Positions 20,435-33,709 of a stretch of 64,000 bases of DNA are shown here, in pieces; within the stretch, counting starts at the first letter, position 1, and every line of letters starts with the position of its first letter. A program made the translations under genes and the position numbers. Below the pieces are notes generated by a model that did no database searches, had not been told where the DNA came from, and worked only from the letters and a program-made list of their open reading frames with translations. The DNA is from Ignavibacteriota bacterium (GTDB lineage Bacteria; Bacteroidota; Ignavibacteria; UBA10030; CAVZMI01), in the NCBI GenBank assembly GCA_963776275.1, contig CAVZMI010000020.1, positions 32,001-96,000 on the forward strand, given 5' to 3'.

Positions 20435-21271
20435 TTGATACGAAAGATAATTCTCTGGAGTATTTCAATTTTCATCACTGCTCTTGTTGCATATTACCAG
20501 CTGGTCACGGGCCCCACCTATCCGGTCTCGGGAACCACAATAATTGCCGGAAAAATAATTCCATATAGATTTGAACGGAGTCATGACATCTCGGGCAATG
20601 CCGTCGTAACAATCTTTACCGGCGATACCGTGATCAGAGGTCGATTGGAATGGAAAAGATTTAAGACAGATGATGAATGGACAAGCATTGAGATGAAATA
20701 TTCAAACGATACATTAAAGGCTGAACTCCCCGTGCAACCACCTGCAGGAAAGCTGCAATATAGGGTCTTTCTTAATTCATCAGAAGCGACAGTTCAAATT
20801 CCTGCTATTGATTCCGTCATCATACGATTTAAAGGAATTGTCCCCATTGGTATTCTTTTATTTCACATCATCGTGATTTTTGGGGCGATGCTCCTGTCGA
20901 CACGGACAGGATTAGAATTTTTCAATCCGGAACCCAATATCCGCCTGCTTACATACTGTACGATAGGATTTCTTTTTATCGGTGGTGCAATCCTCGGTCC
21001 GCTCGTTCAATACTATGCTTTTGGAGTCTTTTGGTCAGGATGGCCGGTCGGGACTGATTTGACCGACAACAAGACGGTGATTGCTATGGTTGGATGGATT
21101 GTTGTTGGGGCGCTCCTACCACGCCTCCAGAAACCGAAGACCTGGGCTCTTGGAGCTGCGATTCTTCTGATAATTGTCTATTTGATTCCGCACAGTCTAT
21201 TGGGATCGGAACTCAATTATGCGGCACTCAACAAGCTTCACCCAAAGGCAGATAGCACCCTTATCCGTTAA
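20435..21271 (+). CDS. Hypothetical integral membrane protein
   Basis: N-terminal TM, soluble domain, four C-terminal TM helices; GPTYP and DLTDNKT motifs. Confidence 0.75.
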   Translation: MIRKIILWSISIFITALVAYYQLVTGPTYPVSGTTIIAGKIIPYRFERSHDISGNAVVTIFTGDTVIRGRLEWKRFKTDDEWTSIEMKYSNDTLKAELPVQPPAGKLQYRVFLNSSEATVQIPAIDSVIIRFKGIVPIGILLFHIIVIFGAMLLSTRTGLEFFNPEPNIRLLTYCTIGFLFIGGAILGPLVQYYAFGVFWSGWPVGTDLTDNKTVIAMVGWIVVGALLPRLQKPKTWALGAAILLIIVYLIPHSLLGSELNYAALNKLHPKADSTLIR

Positions 21272-21428
21272 GCTCTACATCGAATACTACAAAATCGCCT
21301 ATACTGGCGGAAAAGAGTTCTATGTTGGTTTTAGTGCAATCCGAGTCTAATATAATAACATGACTTGCAAATAATATCGACATTTCGTATCATGGACAGA
21401 TAAATCACCCCATTTTGTCGGGGAGAGC

Positions 21429-22493
21429 ATGGTAGCAAAAACGTCAAGTGAACGTCTGAAACAGGCTGGTGACCTTTTCAGACAAAAAGAATACGATAAG
21501 GCTCTTGAAGAACTCGATCTTCTATTAAATGACGATCCGAACAATATGTACGCCCGCGCTGCCCGAGAGAAAGTACGCACAGCCCGCGATCTAGCCCACG
21601 AACTCGGCATAACGGAACGACGTCAGGATATCGAAGCCAAACGGCGCATGGCGATCGGACAATCGCAGCGTGTTGAACACCAGAAACTCCTCGCGAAGAT
21701 CGAAGAAGAAGGACGAAGACGCCGAGAAGAGGAGTTGAAAAAACATCAGGCCGATGAAGAACGCCGACTTCGCGAAGAACGATTCCACCGATATCAGACT
21801 GCTTTAATTGAAGCATGGTCAGACGGCCTCCTCTCTGAAATTGAAACCCAACATCTTGCAGAGCTGCGTGTACGATTCAAGATCTCCGATCAGGTTCATA
21901 CGACGATGCAGCGGAGTGTGCAACTTGATGCATACATCAAGGCACTGCGTGAAGCGTGTGAGGAAGGCCGATGTTCAATCAGTAAGCCCGATACATTTGA
22001 AGAGATCAGAGTGCAATACGGTGTTACTCTTGAAGAACACCTAAGCGTTGCGGGTGCGATTGCATGGCAGCTGAAGGTTCATGAAACGAAAGGAGCAGTG
22101 GTCATTGTCGATGATGACCCGCTTGTTTTGCGGATGACACGTATGAATTTTGAACAAGCCGGATATATTGTTGAGACCTTCAACGACTGTGAAGAGGCGT
22201 TTATCTTTGTTAAAACGCATCGTCCGGATCTAATCATATCAGATGTTATTTTTACCCCTCCAAAGATTAATGGATTCGAATTTCTCCAGCGCATTCGCAG
22301 CGATCCCCGACTGGTTGCCGTGCCATTTGTTTGTATAAGTGCAATGGCCGATCGCCCCCGGATTCTTGCCGGCATGAAGCTTGGAATCGACGATTATTTT
22401 GCAAAACCAATTGATTTTGCACTTCTTCTCGCCTCGGCCGAAGGAAAAATTCGGCATTTTCACGAACTCATCAACTTGCGATACGGCAGTTAA
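21429..22493 (+). CDS. Response regulator: TPR-like + coiled coil + two TerB-like repeats + C-terminal REC
   Basis: IVDDD, PDLIISDV, DDYFAKP in the REC domain; N-terminal YDKALEEL...DPNN. Confidence 0.8.
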   Translation: MVAKTSSERLKQAGDLFRQKEYDKALEELDLLLNDDPNNMYARAAREKVRTARDLAHELGITERRQDIEAKRRMAIGQSQRVEHQKLLAKIEEEGRRRREEELKKHQADEERRLREERFHRYQTALIEAWSDGLLSEIETQHLAELRVRFKISDQVHTTMQRSVQLDAYIKALREACEEGRCSISKPDTFEEIRVQYGVTLEEHLSVAGAIAWQLKVHETKGAVVIVDDDPLVLRMTRMNFEQAGYIVETFNDCEEAFIFVKTHRPDLIISDVIFTPPKINGFEFLQRIRSDPRLVAVPFVCISAMADRPRILAGMKLGIDDYFAKPIDFALLLASAEGKIRHFHELINLRYGS

Positions 22494-22593
22494 CCAGAGG
22501 ATTTTTTTACTCCTCTGCTCCCTGGTCCCTATTTGCACCACCACAACTACCCATCATAACGGACTTTCAATATCCCAACAACTAGAAAAACAC

Positions 22594-22622
22594 TTGCAAT
22601 TGTTATAAAAAAAAACTATGTT
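22594..22622 (+). promoter_or_regulatory. Sigma70-type promoter of the csp gene, implying a 5' UTR of about 220 nt
   Basis: TTGCAA-N17-TATGTT. Confidence 0.55.
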
Positions 22623-22848
22623 ATTACTGCAAATGACAGTACACCGTGTTTGCGCTTAATACACAATCGCTTTTAAAGTAACTGGTTCGAACAGAGTGGT
22701 TTCGAAGTTCGTCCAGCTGTTTGCGTGATCGTCGCGGTTTTTTGGGGGGAATACCACAAGAAGCACGCATCGTGACGTATTGCGTTATTAAGAGGCAACA
22801 AAGGCTGTACAATTTTCGAAATAATTTTGTTCGAAAGGGTGATGTTCC

Positions 22849-23049
22849 ATGGAACGAGGAACAGTTAAGTGGTTCAATGCCGCTAAAGGTTATGGCTTTA
22901 TTCAACGTCCTTCAGGCGAGGATGTATTTGTCCACTTCAAGGCAATCAACTCCGAAGGCTACAAAACTCTCAACGAAGGAGATCAGGTAGAATTTGAGGT
23001 TGAGCAGGGTCCGAAAGGCCTGCAGGCAGCCAACGTCACGAAAGTATAA
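22849..23049 (+). CDS. Cold-shock protein
   Basis: GTVKWFN, KGYGFI (RNP1), VFVHF (RNP2), [10 protein letters not shown]. Confidence 0.97.
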   Translation: MERGTVKWFNAAKGYGFIQRPSGEDVFVHFKAINSEGYKTLNEGDQVEFEVEQGPKGLQAANVTKV

Positions 23050-23060
23050 ACCTTGCTGCG

Positions 23061-23096
23061 ATGAAAACCCCGGCAGCACCTGCTGGGGTTTTTCAT
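23061..23096 (+). terminator. Intrinsic terminator
   Basis: AAAACCCCGGCAG-CAC-CTGCTGGGGTTTTT. Confidence 0.85.
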
Positions 23097-23124
23097 TATA
23101 GCCAAGCTGAACGGGAGAGCGAGT

Positions 23125-23325
23125 ATGACCGGAACGGTAAAATTCTTCAACGACTCAAAGGGATTTGGCTTTATTACAACAGAACAGGGTGAAGATGTTT
23201 TTTTTCATAGAAGCAGCGTGAAAGAGACCGGTTTCCGAAGTAATCTCTGCCAGGGCGACACTGTCAATTTTGAAATCCGTTCTGATGCCCGAGGAAAACG
23301 GGCCTTCAATATCATCCGCACATAG
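23125..23325 (+). CDS. Cold-shock protein (second, divergent)
   Basis: GTVKFFN, KGFGFI, VFFH. Confidence 0.93.
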   Translation: MTGTVKFFNDSKGFGFITTEQGEDVFFHRSSVKETGFRSNLCQGDTVNFEIRSDARGKRAFNIIRT

Positions 23326-23708
23326 TAATCTCTCATGTCATCGTTCTATCGTTACATCCCTTTCTTCAGTTTTATGAAAAAATACCGATAATTGTATTGG
23401 GAATCATTATTCTGGATCAGAATTTCCTCTTCTGATGAAGAAAAATTAATTCAAAAAATGACTTCTTCGGGCAACTTTCCCAATTTATAAGCGTTATTAT
23501 TTATAGAGGGATTAAAAATAATAAGGAAAAGAATCGTGACGCAATGGTACAGTACAATGCCTCTCTCTTTTCGCGAACAGAGAGAATATGAGCAGGTTCT
23601 TCTAGAAGAGCTTGAGACTCAGTGCTGGTACAGCGTCACCTGGTGTACAGCGACAAAGGCTGAGGTTTTTCTCTGCATACAGTAGGGCCGAAGGGGAGGG
23701 GTACTCTT

Positions 23709-23864
23709 ATGAAGACAATAACATGGACAGCGTTACTTGCAACGGCAATTGTCGTTCCAATTCTCGTAATGATGAAGAAAGAGAAGGAAGGTCTTTTGCC
23801 GATTCAGACGAATGAAAATATCCGTTATGACATCAATGACTATATGGAAAGTCAGGGGTTGTAA
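23709..23864 (+). CDS. Small membrane protein (51 aa), missed by the ORF track
   Basis: MKTITWTALLATAIVVPILVMMKKEKE...IRYDINDYMESQGL; RBS GGGGAGGGG. Confidence 0.65.
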   Translation: MKTITWTALLATAIVVPILVMMKKEKEGLLPIQTNENIRYDINDYMESQGL

Positions 23865-23908
23865 ACGGTAGTATAAAAGTCAGGGGTCGCGCTGGTTTGG
23901 GGGAAGAA

Positions 23909-25243
23909 TCACTTTAAATAATATTTGAGAGGATTTGGAAAGATCCTGCATTCTTCTGCGACACGAAAATTATTCACTATGCCTTCGTCTCGAAGTTTAT
24001 AGAGACGCGGAACCATTTTATCGCGTATTTCAAGAGGTGTTAACGGGTTTATAAAGATACTCGTCCCCCCCTCGAATCCCGCAGGCACATTGACCCGCCA
24101 TTTCAGCATGATATACCATGGCATTTTATACACAGCATCGATGGGCGTATAATACCATTCTTCATTGCATGAAATCTGGCTCCCCATCGCTGCATGACAT
24201 GCATGCACCAGATTGCTCATCCCGCGAATTTCATCGTCACTATGTTCATACGGCCGGCAGTTGTACGATTTTGAAAAAATTTCGATCGTCGGATATCGGT
24301 GTCCGATTCCAACCGTTGCTATAGCAAAATCGTTTTCTGCAAAGACAAGATTTAGCTGTGCCCCGAAATTTGCACCATTTTCGTTGAATACATTTGGATC
24401 CTCGCGCACCATGCGTATCTGCTGGCTAATCGATTCTCCCCATTCATCCAGCGCCACAAGCTGTTTATGAAGATGATCGAATGATGCACCCGCAGGCCGA
24501 AGCCAGTTTTGAAACACACTGATATAACGGATATACCGGTTGTTCTCAAATAATTTCCGCATTGCATCGATGGTAAATCGAAAATATTGATAATGTTCTT
24601 CCCGCGTCATTTCACCGGAAGAAAATAATTCTGAATCCCACTGCGTATTCGGTTTATAATGCCGTCGTGCAATAATCATTTCATGTCCGCCGCCGAAGAA
24701 TGCATCCGCCATTGCCAGTTTCTCATCAAGCGGCATCGAATCTATATACTGTTCGCTTTTTCCCGACATCTTCATTTTGTAGGAAAGGATATTCAGAATA
24801 TGATTCAGTCCGCTTGGATTGGCAATGTACTCATCGCGTGCGGCTTTATTCTCGGCTGTCAGTCTGTAACTGTAATTTTTTCTCCAGTAATCAATGGTGA
24901 CAATTTCAAAAAGGTTTGATACGCGGCGAAATTCTGCGACCGAATTGAAATACTGATCGGGAGAAAGATGCGGCCGATAGAGATAATTGCTGTTTTCGAG
25001 CACCAGTCGTGCTTTTTCTGGAGGCGTCTCGAAATAACGGGACTGGCAAAAGCTGCAGTAGTCTTCTATTTCTTTATGTTCGATACGCTTCGCGTTTGCG
25101 GGTATTTCATTAGACAGAGGTTTACTCCCGCGTCCGGGGACAGACCAGACCTCGGTCCCTGCGAACGGATTGATTTGCTTCACCGTTCCATCAGGCATGA
25201 TTGTATAAAAATTGTTCTGCATAGTCCCGATTTCCCTTTTCAA
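23909..25243 (-). CDS. DUF4921 family protein (GalT/HIT-like)
   Basis: MPDGTVKQINPF, TPPEKAR, FQNWLRPAGASFDHLHKQ, AGFEGGT. Confidence 0.82.
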   Translation of the reverse strand: MKREIGTMQNNFYTIMPDGTVKQINPFAGTEVWSVPGRGSKPLSNEIPANAKRIEHKEIEDYCSFCQSRYFETPPEKARLVLENSNYLYRPHLSPDQYFNSVAEFRRVSNLFEIVTIDYWRKNYSYRLTAENKAARDEYIANPSGLNHILNILSYKMKMSGKSEQYIDSMPLDEKLAMADAFFGGGHEMIIARRHYKPNTQWDSELFSSGEMTREEHYQYFRFTIDAMRKLFENNRYIRYISVFQNWLRPAGASFDHLHKQLVALDEWGESISQQIRMVREDPNVFNENGANFGAQLNLVFAENDFAIATVGIGHRYPTIEIFSKSYNCRPYEHSDDEIRGMSNLVHACHAAMGSQISCNEEWYYTPIDAVYKMPWYIMLKWRVNVPAGFEGGTSIFINPLTPLEIRDKMVPRLYKLRDEGIVNNFRVAEECRIFPNPLKYYLK

Positions 25244-25274
25244 ATAGCTCTCACGATTTGTCCGGCAGCAAATC

Positions 25275-26683
25275 CTATTTCGGTTTCACTACTGCTGCCA
25301 GTAATTCATCAACCTTCGCAGGCGTGTCAGCCTCAGCATAAAATCGAATAAGCGGTTCTGTACCTGATGCCCGAACGAGAACCCATCCCCCATCGACAAA
25401 AAATTTGTACCCATCTTTATCCTGACGCGCCCGGACCGTATATCCAGCGACGGATTGTACTCCCTTTTTATAGATGGCCATGATCCGGTTTTTTTCTTTC
25501 AGTGTCAGGTGTACATCAATGCGATTGAAATAATGTTCCCCGTACTCATCGAATAATTCCTGAACAAGTTCGCCTAATTTCTTCTTCCTCTTTGCCATAA
25601 TCTCGCACAGAAGCAGACCGATGTACGTCCCATCCCGCTCCGGAAGATGTCCTTTGACACCGAGCCCACCGCTCTCTTCACCGGCAATCAGGATATCGCG
25701 CTCGATCATGAGCCGGCAGAGATACTTGAAACCGACCTTGGTCTCATGAAGCCGCAAACCATATTTTAAACACATCGCATCAACCATTTGGGTTACCGAG
25801 AAGGATTTTGCGACTTCACCGGTCATCTTTTTTCTTCAATGAAATATTTTAGGAGAAGACAAAACATACGATGCGAATCAACAAAATTCCCCCGCTCATC
25901 GACGGCACCGATCCGGTCTGCATCACCGTCGGTTGCTATACCTATATCATAGCTGCCGGATTTCATCGCTTCTATTAATGGAGCCAGATTCTGTGGAAGA
26001 GGCTCGGGATTCACCCCACCGAAAGAGGGATTGAATTCCTGACGCAGCGTCGATATCCCCGGAATGATTTTTCCCATCACCCCCTGTCCCGCTCCGTGCA
26101 TTGCATCGTACAGAATCCGGATGTTCGATGATGTAATGAGATCGCAATTGATTTTCGACTTGATATCGGCAATGTAGAGTTCATGAAAATCCCGGACGAC
26201 GACTTTCTTCTTCTTGACAAGCGTTTCAAGAGGCAGTGCCTGTGCAAACACTGCGGATTTCTTCTTCAGGATAGGGCTCAACCTTGCTTCGACCTTCTCG
26301 ACTTCTTCCGGAAATGCCGGGCCGCCAAAATCTCCTTTGATCTTGAATCCGTTGTATCGGGCAGGGTTATGACTGGCCGTAATAACAATGCCACCGGCCG
26401 CGTTGAGTTTCCTCACCGCAAGCGATACAGCTGGCGTGGATGTAATTCCCGATCCTAGAAGCGCTTTAATATTTGCAGTTCCTAGTACTCTGGCCGTGAT
26501 TTCGGCAAACTCTCGGGAGAGAAACCGCGAGTCGTAGCCGATCACAACACCGTTCTTTATCTTTTTATGCCGGCGGAAATATTCGGCCGTTGCACGAGCA
26601 ACAGCAGCCACGTTTTCAAATGTAAAGTCATCGGCAATCAATCCTCTCCAGCCATCGGTACCGAATGTAATCGTCAAAGCCAT
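25275..26683 (-). CDS. Phosphoglucomutase/phosphomannomutase, frameshift in a homopolymer near 25830
   Basis: FGTDGWRG, ITASHNP, DGDADR, VGFKY, GEESGG, RASGTEP. Confidence 0.92.
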
Positions 26684-26721
26684 ACAGATTCCTTCTACTT
26701 CACACCCGAACATTTAATGAA

Positions 26722-28014
<1,293 letters not shown>

Positions 28015-28309
28015 TTATCCCTGTAGTAAGGTTGTTTCTCAGCTTTTGTTATTCTGAGATTGAAAAATCAGCTTGTAATAAAATCAAAAAGCGGTTGAAA
28101 ATCAATGAGAGAAATTTTTTCTGAAAGGTGAGAATATGAATCTGTGCGCGGATGGTCGTTTTTTCAGGATATTCATTCATTATGAATGTTATACAATTTC
28201 TTTTTCCATGCTTTTCCAACTGATCCGCTCAGTAACAGCCCGAAAAACTTCTTCAATATCGAGACGCTTCAGGAAATTTCTCACGTAATGCACGGACAAT
28301 CGGTGCCGG

Positions 28310-29783
28310 TCATCGACGCCACCGATCGACAAAATTTGACCAGACATTCTCTGCTGGATAGCCGGTAAGCATATAAAACGGATGTCCGTTGTTCTGTGCT
28401 CCGGGCCCGGTTTGAAAAATAAAAACTGCATAGCCCTGTTGAAGATTATAATACCATGTTTCACTTCTTCCCGGCTGGCATTCGAGTTCCGCCGGAGGAC
28501 CGGCAACAATGTATGTCATCCCCATCGGCGTACGCCATCCGTCAGCAATGCCTGTAAAATATTCATTCGCCTGACGAACACGACCGTAGAATTCTTGACG
28601 ACGAGCCGGATCGAGTTTTGTATTCCAAAACTGTTCGAGCCGTTGGGCGCGTTCTTCTTTATTCGCCGGCGCTCTTAACGAATCATATTCATCCCGCTCC
28701 GTAATATATTGCAGCGGACCTATGAGATCGTCACTATCGACAACATCCGGAAAGTATTCTGAATGAATGGTAAGAACTCTGCCGATATGGAGAGTATCCG
28801 TTTTCCCCTCTTTTTTCTTCGCCACTTCCGTTAACAATTGATATCGGCCGGGCGGTGGGACTATAAATGAATTAAACAATTGTGTCGGCGATCCTACTGT
28901 AATAACAATTGTATCGGAACGAGCAAATTCATTATCGAGTTTGGGTAAAAACAATTCCTGTAGAGGGATGTTCAGTCCTCCCGGAGCAGCAATGGTATCA
29001 GGACGGACAAATCCTTGATCGTATCTGGGTGTGAATAAATACTTCGGATTGAAGAAGGATTTGTATGAATATGGTGAACTCTGATGTTGTCGATCATAAT
29101 CAATATGAAACGGTACAATTCTGGTACTCACATGAAGAGTGTCGATGTCGAGAGAATCGTAGACTTCCATAAATGTCGAGAACGACCGGAATTTTCCGAT
29201 ATCGGATGGAAACATCGGCGTGATTGTTTTAATTCCCTGGTCTCTCCGTGATTCTTTGAAGAAGAACAATATCGCTTGCTTCAAGCTGACCAACCACCGG
29301 ATGGACATTCACTTCTTTCCGCTCTTCTTGCTGCTGCTGTGAATGTTCGTCAAGAATTGTCACCGCAAGCGTATATTTCCCCGTCGGAAGAACGAATACC
29401 CGGAGAGTCGCTTCACTCTCATTGGATACTGTACGTTCATAGTCTTTGACCGAAACCGTTTTTGACCACTCCTGCATCGCGATTTGCTTCTCATCGGATG
29501 TAAGTACTCGTACACTGACAGAATATGATGCAATAAATGTATTCCCCGCTTTCTGAAATTTCAGATTCTTGAAGGGAATCTGGAACAGAATATCAAGACG
29601 CGGTTTTCCATCCGCGACAAAATTCACAGCATCAAATGAAATCAACGGAAGCGTCGTACGTTCGATGGCTGCCGAGTAGAAACAGGTGGCTATCCGGTTC
29701 GACGAACTGCAGCCGGCAAGAAGAAAAATAACGGCGAGTACGAAGAGAAATGTACGGGGCATACCTTGTTCACCGATTTTCAT
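28310..29783 (-). CDS. GWxTD-domain lipoprotein, frameshift near 29243
   Basis: Lipobox LAGC; PLQYIT...FW...EFYGRVRQANEYF...GWRTPMG...GPP; deleting one base joins RITE to DQGIK. Confidence 0.75.
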
Positions 29784-29966
29784 ACAGGAATAATACTGAG
29801 AGAGGTTTGGAAAAGCAAGTATTAAAAACAACCATCCTCACGATTTATCACTCATGGAGTCTACCAACCTATAAAAATCAATAAAGAATACAAATTAGCG
29901 GTTTTACGATACTAGACTCATAAATCATCAATCCTCAATCATCATCCCGAAATCCCTAAAGCATTT

Positions 29967-32212
29967 TCAAAAACTCTTGTGCCTCTCGAACCAGTTGCAC
30001 AATTCAATCCGATCTTCAATTCGATTCTTCTCCGTCTCCTGTGAGGTATAATTTAACGCCCGCCAGTAATGAAGTTTAGCTTTTTCCCATTCCCTTGTAT
30101 GCTCAAAAACAACGGCACGTAATACTTCATTACTGTAATTCAGCGTGGAATCCCGGAAAATAAATTCCTCGGCGGAGATCACATTTCGCGCATCGATATA
30201 ATTGTGTGCGTTCACATATAAACGAAGCACAATATATCGATACAACGATCCGGTTTCTGTATCGCTCTGCGGGTCGAGAAGCAATTTCCTTAGAATATTG
30301 ATTCGGATCGAATCTTCATTCTCACGGTAAAACCGCCGCATCACGGAGTATTGACCCGGCCGGGCAAGCCATGTCAATCGTATTACTGCAAGCTCGTTAT
30401 ACGATCGAAGGATGTGATTCGTAATCAACGATATATAATATCGACATGCCTGTGCGCTGTCTCCTTTCATCATGTATGCATCTCCGATCATCAGATCGGC
30501 CATCGGCATAATTGGCGGCCGGTGTTTACTCGGAGACGAAGTCGTCACGCTATCGTACTCTTCACCGCGAAATTCCGATTGCATATATCCCAATAAAGCA
30601 TCGTCGCTTCCCGTTTCATCGTAAGCGTGCCTGTAGAACGCTGCGGCTGCCGCATAGTTCTTCTCGCGGATTTTTTTCCCAGCATCATTCATCCATTCCG
30701 CTGTCACACGGGCACAGGTTTTTTTGAATACCGGAGGCCTCCTAAAAAAATATCGCACATGTGCTTCGTCTGAATCGGAAATTTTTATCTGCGATAGAAA
30801 ATCATCCCATTCTGCAATAAGGCTCTGCAGCGATCGCCCGTAGCCCGTCTCAAAGCTGCCGCCCAGATAGGTCCGCTTGAACCGTTCAATCCCGTAATGA
30901 TCGAGCAGATATTGCACAAATGAACCGCAGACGATATAACTTTTAGCGGGAGCCTGTGTGATAAATCCGGAATAAGAAAGAAGCTTTTCTATATTAAAAT
31001 CGACGCCGAATTCCTTCATTGCCGCCGCATAATAATGAAGCGTCCGTTCGCCCCTATCTCCCCCGAGCGCCACTGCAAGTCCTTCGACCAATCCCATCCG
31101 CGGACTGATCCCGAGAAAAGGCATGCCAAACCGGCCAGCGATGACATGAACCAGCTCATGCTTCAAAGTTTCTTCAAGCGAGGCGGCACTAATGTGGACT
31201 TCCCTCATCCATGGTTTAGCAATATCTGTCGTTGCCGTACCGAGAAGTCGTTGTTTGACTTCGGCAGATGAATAGATATACGATTGGATTTTCGTCAGCG
31301 GCACTGTTCGGAGCTCGCCGATAATCTGCATATAGCGATACTCGTGTTCACCTGCAATCCGGTTAATTTCTTTCTCCGAGTATGTTGAAGGAGAGTAATA
31401 GATATCAAAATGCTGTGTTGAATATTTTGCCCCGAGAATTTTTTGCACATAGGATGTCGACGACTCGAAAGAGAGCTCGTGCCTGAAATAATAAGATCCT
31501 GCCAGGATAAAAATCAGTATAACGGCTGCGACAGCAGTGCCGGTTTTTTCACCATGACGGCGATTCCCCTGATTTTCTGCCAGACATTTTCCCTGCATAG
31601 TGTCGAAGAAGCAATCGCAATACCACTTAGTAGAAAAATCATCGCCGCACAAAGAGTCAGAATCCGGAAAAGAATGAAGGCCGGTGTAATAGGAAGAAAC
31701 TCGTCATATGAAAATCCGGGGAAATATCCAAAGAGCACGTTGTACGCGTACAGCTGGGGTTCAAAATATGTATGAATAAGGGGGGAAATAAAGATGGCGG
31801 CAATAAGAACACCATAGAGCGTCTTCGAATGCGCCACAAGCAGTCCAATCAATCCGGCAAGCGCAACACTAAAAAGTATTGTTACGCATGGGATGAGGAA
31901 CACGAACGCCATTCCCTGGAGAATATTACAGTTTTTAACAAACAGCGCATTCACCATCATGACGGCGACAGGGACAAGCAAAACGAGTACGTTTTGCACT
32001 GCTGCGTTTAAAAGAAAACGCGTGTATTCAGCCGGTAATATGCGCTCAGCACCCGAAAATTTTTTTCTGAACAGCGAGAGTGTGAATAATCCACCTCCAA
32101 TTCCCACCACAATTCCCATGAAGGCCGAAAACTCATATCCGATGGTATTAAATAATGGAACAGGGATGAGCAACAATGCTATAAGCAGGTAAATACAAAG
32201 AATAATTTTCAT
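29967..32212 (-). CDS. Membrane protein with peptidase MA-like (HExxH) domain and TPR-like C-terminus; frameshift in an A-run near 31545
   Basis: Multiple TM helices, GYFPGFSYDE; TLKHELVH...GLVEGLAVA. Confidence 0.72.
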
Positions 32213-32219
32213 GAAATCG

Positions 32220-33482
32220 TCAATATTCCTCGCTGCTCTCTCGTCGGATCCGCGCACCGAGTGTCTGCAGTTTTTTTTCAATCGCTTCATATCCGCGGTC
32301 GATGTGGTATACGCGCAGCACCTCTGTCTCCCCTTCGGCAATAAGTCCGCCAAGAATTAACGATGCCGAGGCACGCAAATCGGTTGACATTACTTTCGCT
32401 CCTTTGAGGTGCTGTACACCCTTCACAACGGCCGTATTTTCATTGAGCTCAATCGATGCGCCAAGGCGGATAAGTTCCGGGACATGTTTGAACCGATCGA
32501 AATAGATTGATTCCGTCACAACACTCGATCCTCCGGCAATGGTCATGAGCGCAATCCATTGCGCCTGGAGATCTGTTGGAAAGCCGGGGTAGATTGCAGT
32601 TGTGACATCGACCGGACGGATAGTCTCCGGTGCATCGAGTTCCACCCATGTGTCGCCTATCCTCAGAGTTGCACCTGCATCTTCGAGTCTTGTCAGAAGT
32701 GCCGAGAGATGATCAGGCGAACAACTCTCAACTCTAATTGTTCCCTTAGTGATCATTCCTGCAAGAAGAAATGTCCCGGCTTCAATACGGTCTGGAATTG
32801 TGATTTCATCGGCCGGATGTAATTCATCGACACCTTCGATTTCCAGACGCGACGAGCCGATGCCGTGGATCTTTGAACCCATTTTCACGAGAAATTTGGC
32901 CAGCTCGGTTATCTCCGGTTCGATTGCAGCATTCTCGATGATGCTGGTTCCCTTTGCCAGCACCGCTGCCATCAGTATATTCCCGGTCGCTCCTACGCTC
33001 GATATATCAAAAACAATCCTTGCACCTTTTAACTTTTTTGTTTTTGCTATAATATATCCTGCTTCTAGATTGACATCGGCGCCGAGTCTGCGCATCCCTT
33101 CGATATGCAGATTTACCGGCCGCGGTCCCCACGCACAACCGCCGGGCAACGATACCTTCGCATATCCGTATCGTGCGACAAGCGGACCAAGCACATAAAT
33201 TGAAGCGCGCATTTTTTTTACGTGTTCATACGGTGCTTCGAAAGAATTCACGCGGAACGTATTCACCGTCAGCGAGTGAGACTCACGCTGGAATGTTACT
33301 CCCATCGTCTGGAGAAGTTTCTGCATAGTGGAAACATCTCTAAGAATCGGAGTGTTCTCCAGCCGGTACTTCCCGCTTGCCAATAATGTCGCGGGCATTA
33401 ACGCAAGCGAAGCATTCTTCGCACCGCTGATCCTGACGGTACCCTGTAACCGGGCACCGCCGTCAATGACGAATTTATCCAT
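32220..33482 (-). CDS. murA: UDP-N-acetylglucosamine 1-carboxyvinyltransferase
   Basis: SGAKNA, MRASIYVLGPL, LPGGC, SVGATGN, PDRIEAGT, YPGFPTDLQ. Confidence 0.98.
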   Translation of the reverse strand: MDKFVIDGGARLQGTVRISGAKNASLALMPATLLASGKYRLENTPILRDVSTMQKLLQTMGVTFQRESHSLTVNTFRVNSFEAPYEHVKKMRASIYVLGPLVARYGYAKVSLPGGCAWGPRPVNLHIEGMRRLGADVNLEAGYIIAKTKKLKGARIVFDISSVGATGNILMAAVLAKGTSIIENAAIEPEITELAKFLVKMGSKIHGIGSSRLEIEGVDELHPADEITIPDRIEAGTFLLAGMITKGTIRVESCSPDHLSALLTRLEDAGATLRIGDTWVELDAPETIRPVDVTTAIYPGFPTDLQAQWIALMTIAGGSSVVTESIYFDRFKHVPELIRLGASIELNENTAVVKGVQHLKGAKVMSTDLRASASLILGGLIAEGETEVLRVYHIDRGYEAIEKKLQTLGARIRRESSEEY

Positions 33483-33709
33483 GACTCTTTAAAAGATTTT
33501 AAATGGCGTGCGCTAAGGAAAAAGTAAAAATTAAAAAGGAAAAAAGGGGGGTGCGGCTTTTCCTTTTTTCTTACTTCTTCTAATTTTTACTTATAATTTT
33601 CTTCTTAAGGTACACAAAAGAGCCCAAGAGGTCAAGCGAAAGCTCTTTAAACGAGCCTTTTTCCCTTTTTAATTTTTCCTTTTTAATTTTTCCTTCGTAT
33701 ATTATTGAT

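Noticed and set aside
33515-33695. Purine/pyrimidine heptamer-like tracts (also the AATCATC tract near 29920-29945)
   Set aside because: Low-complexity intergenic repeats with no evidence of function
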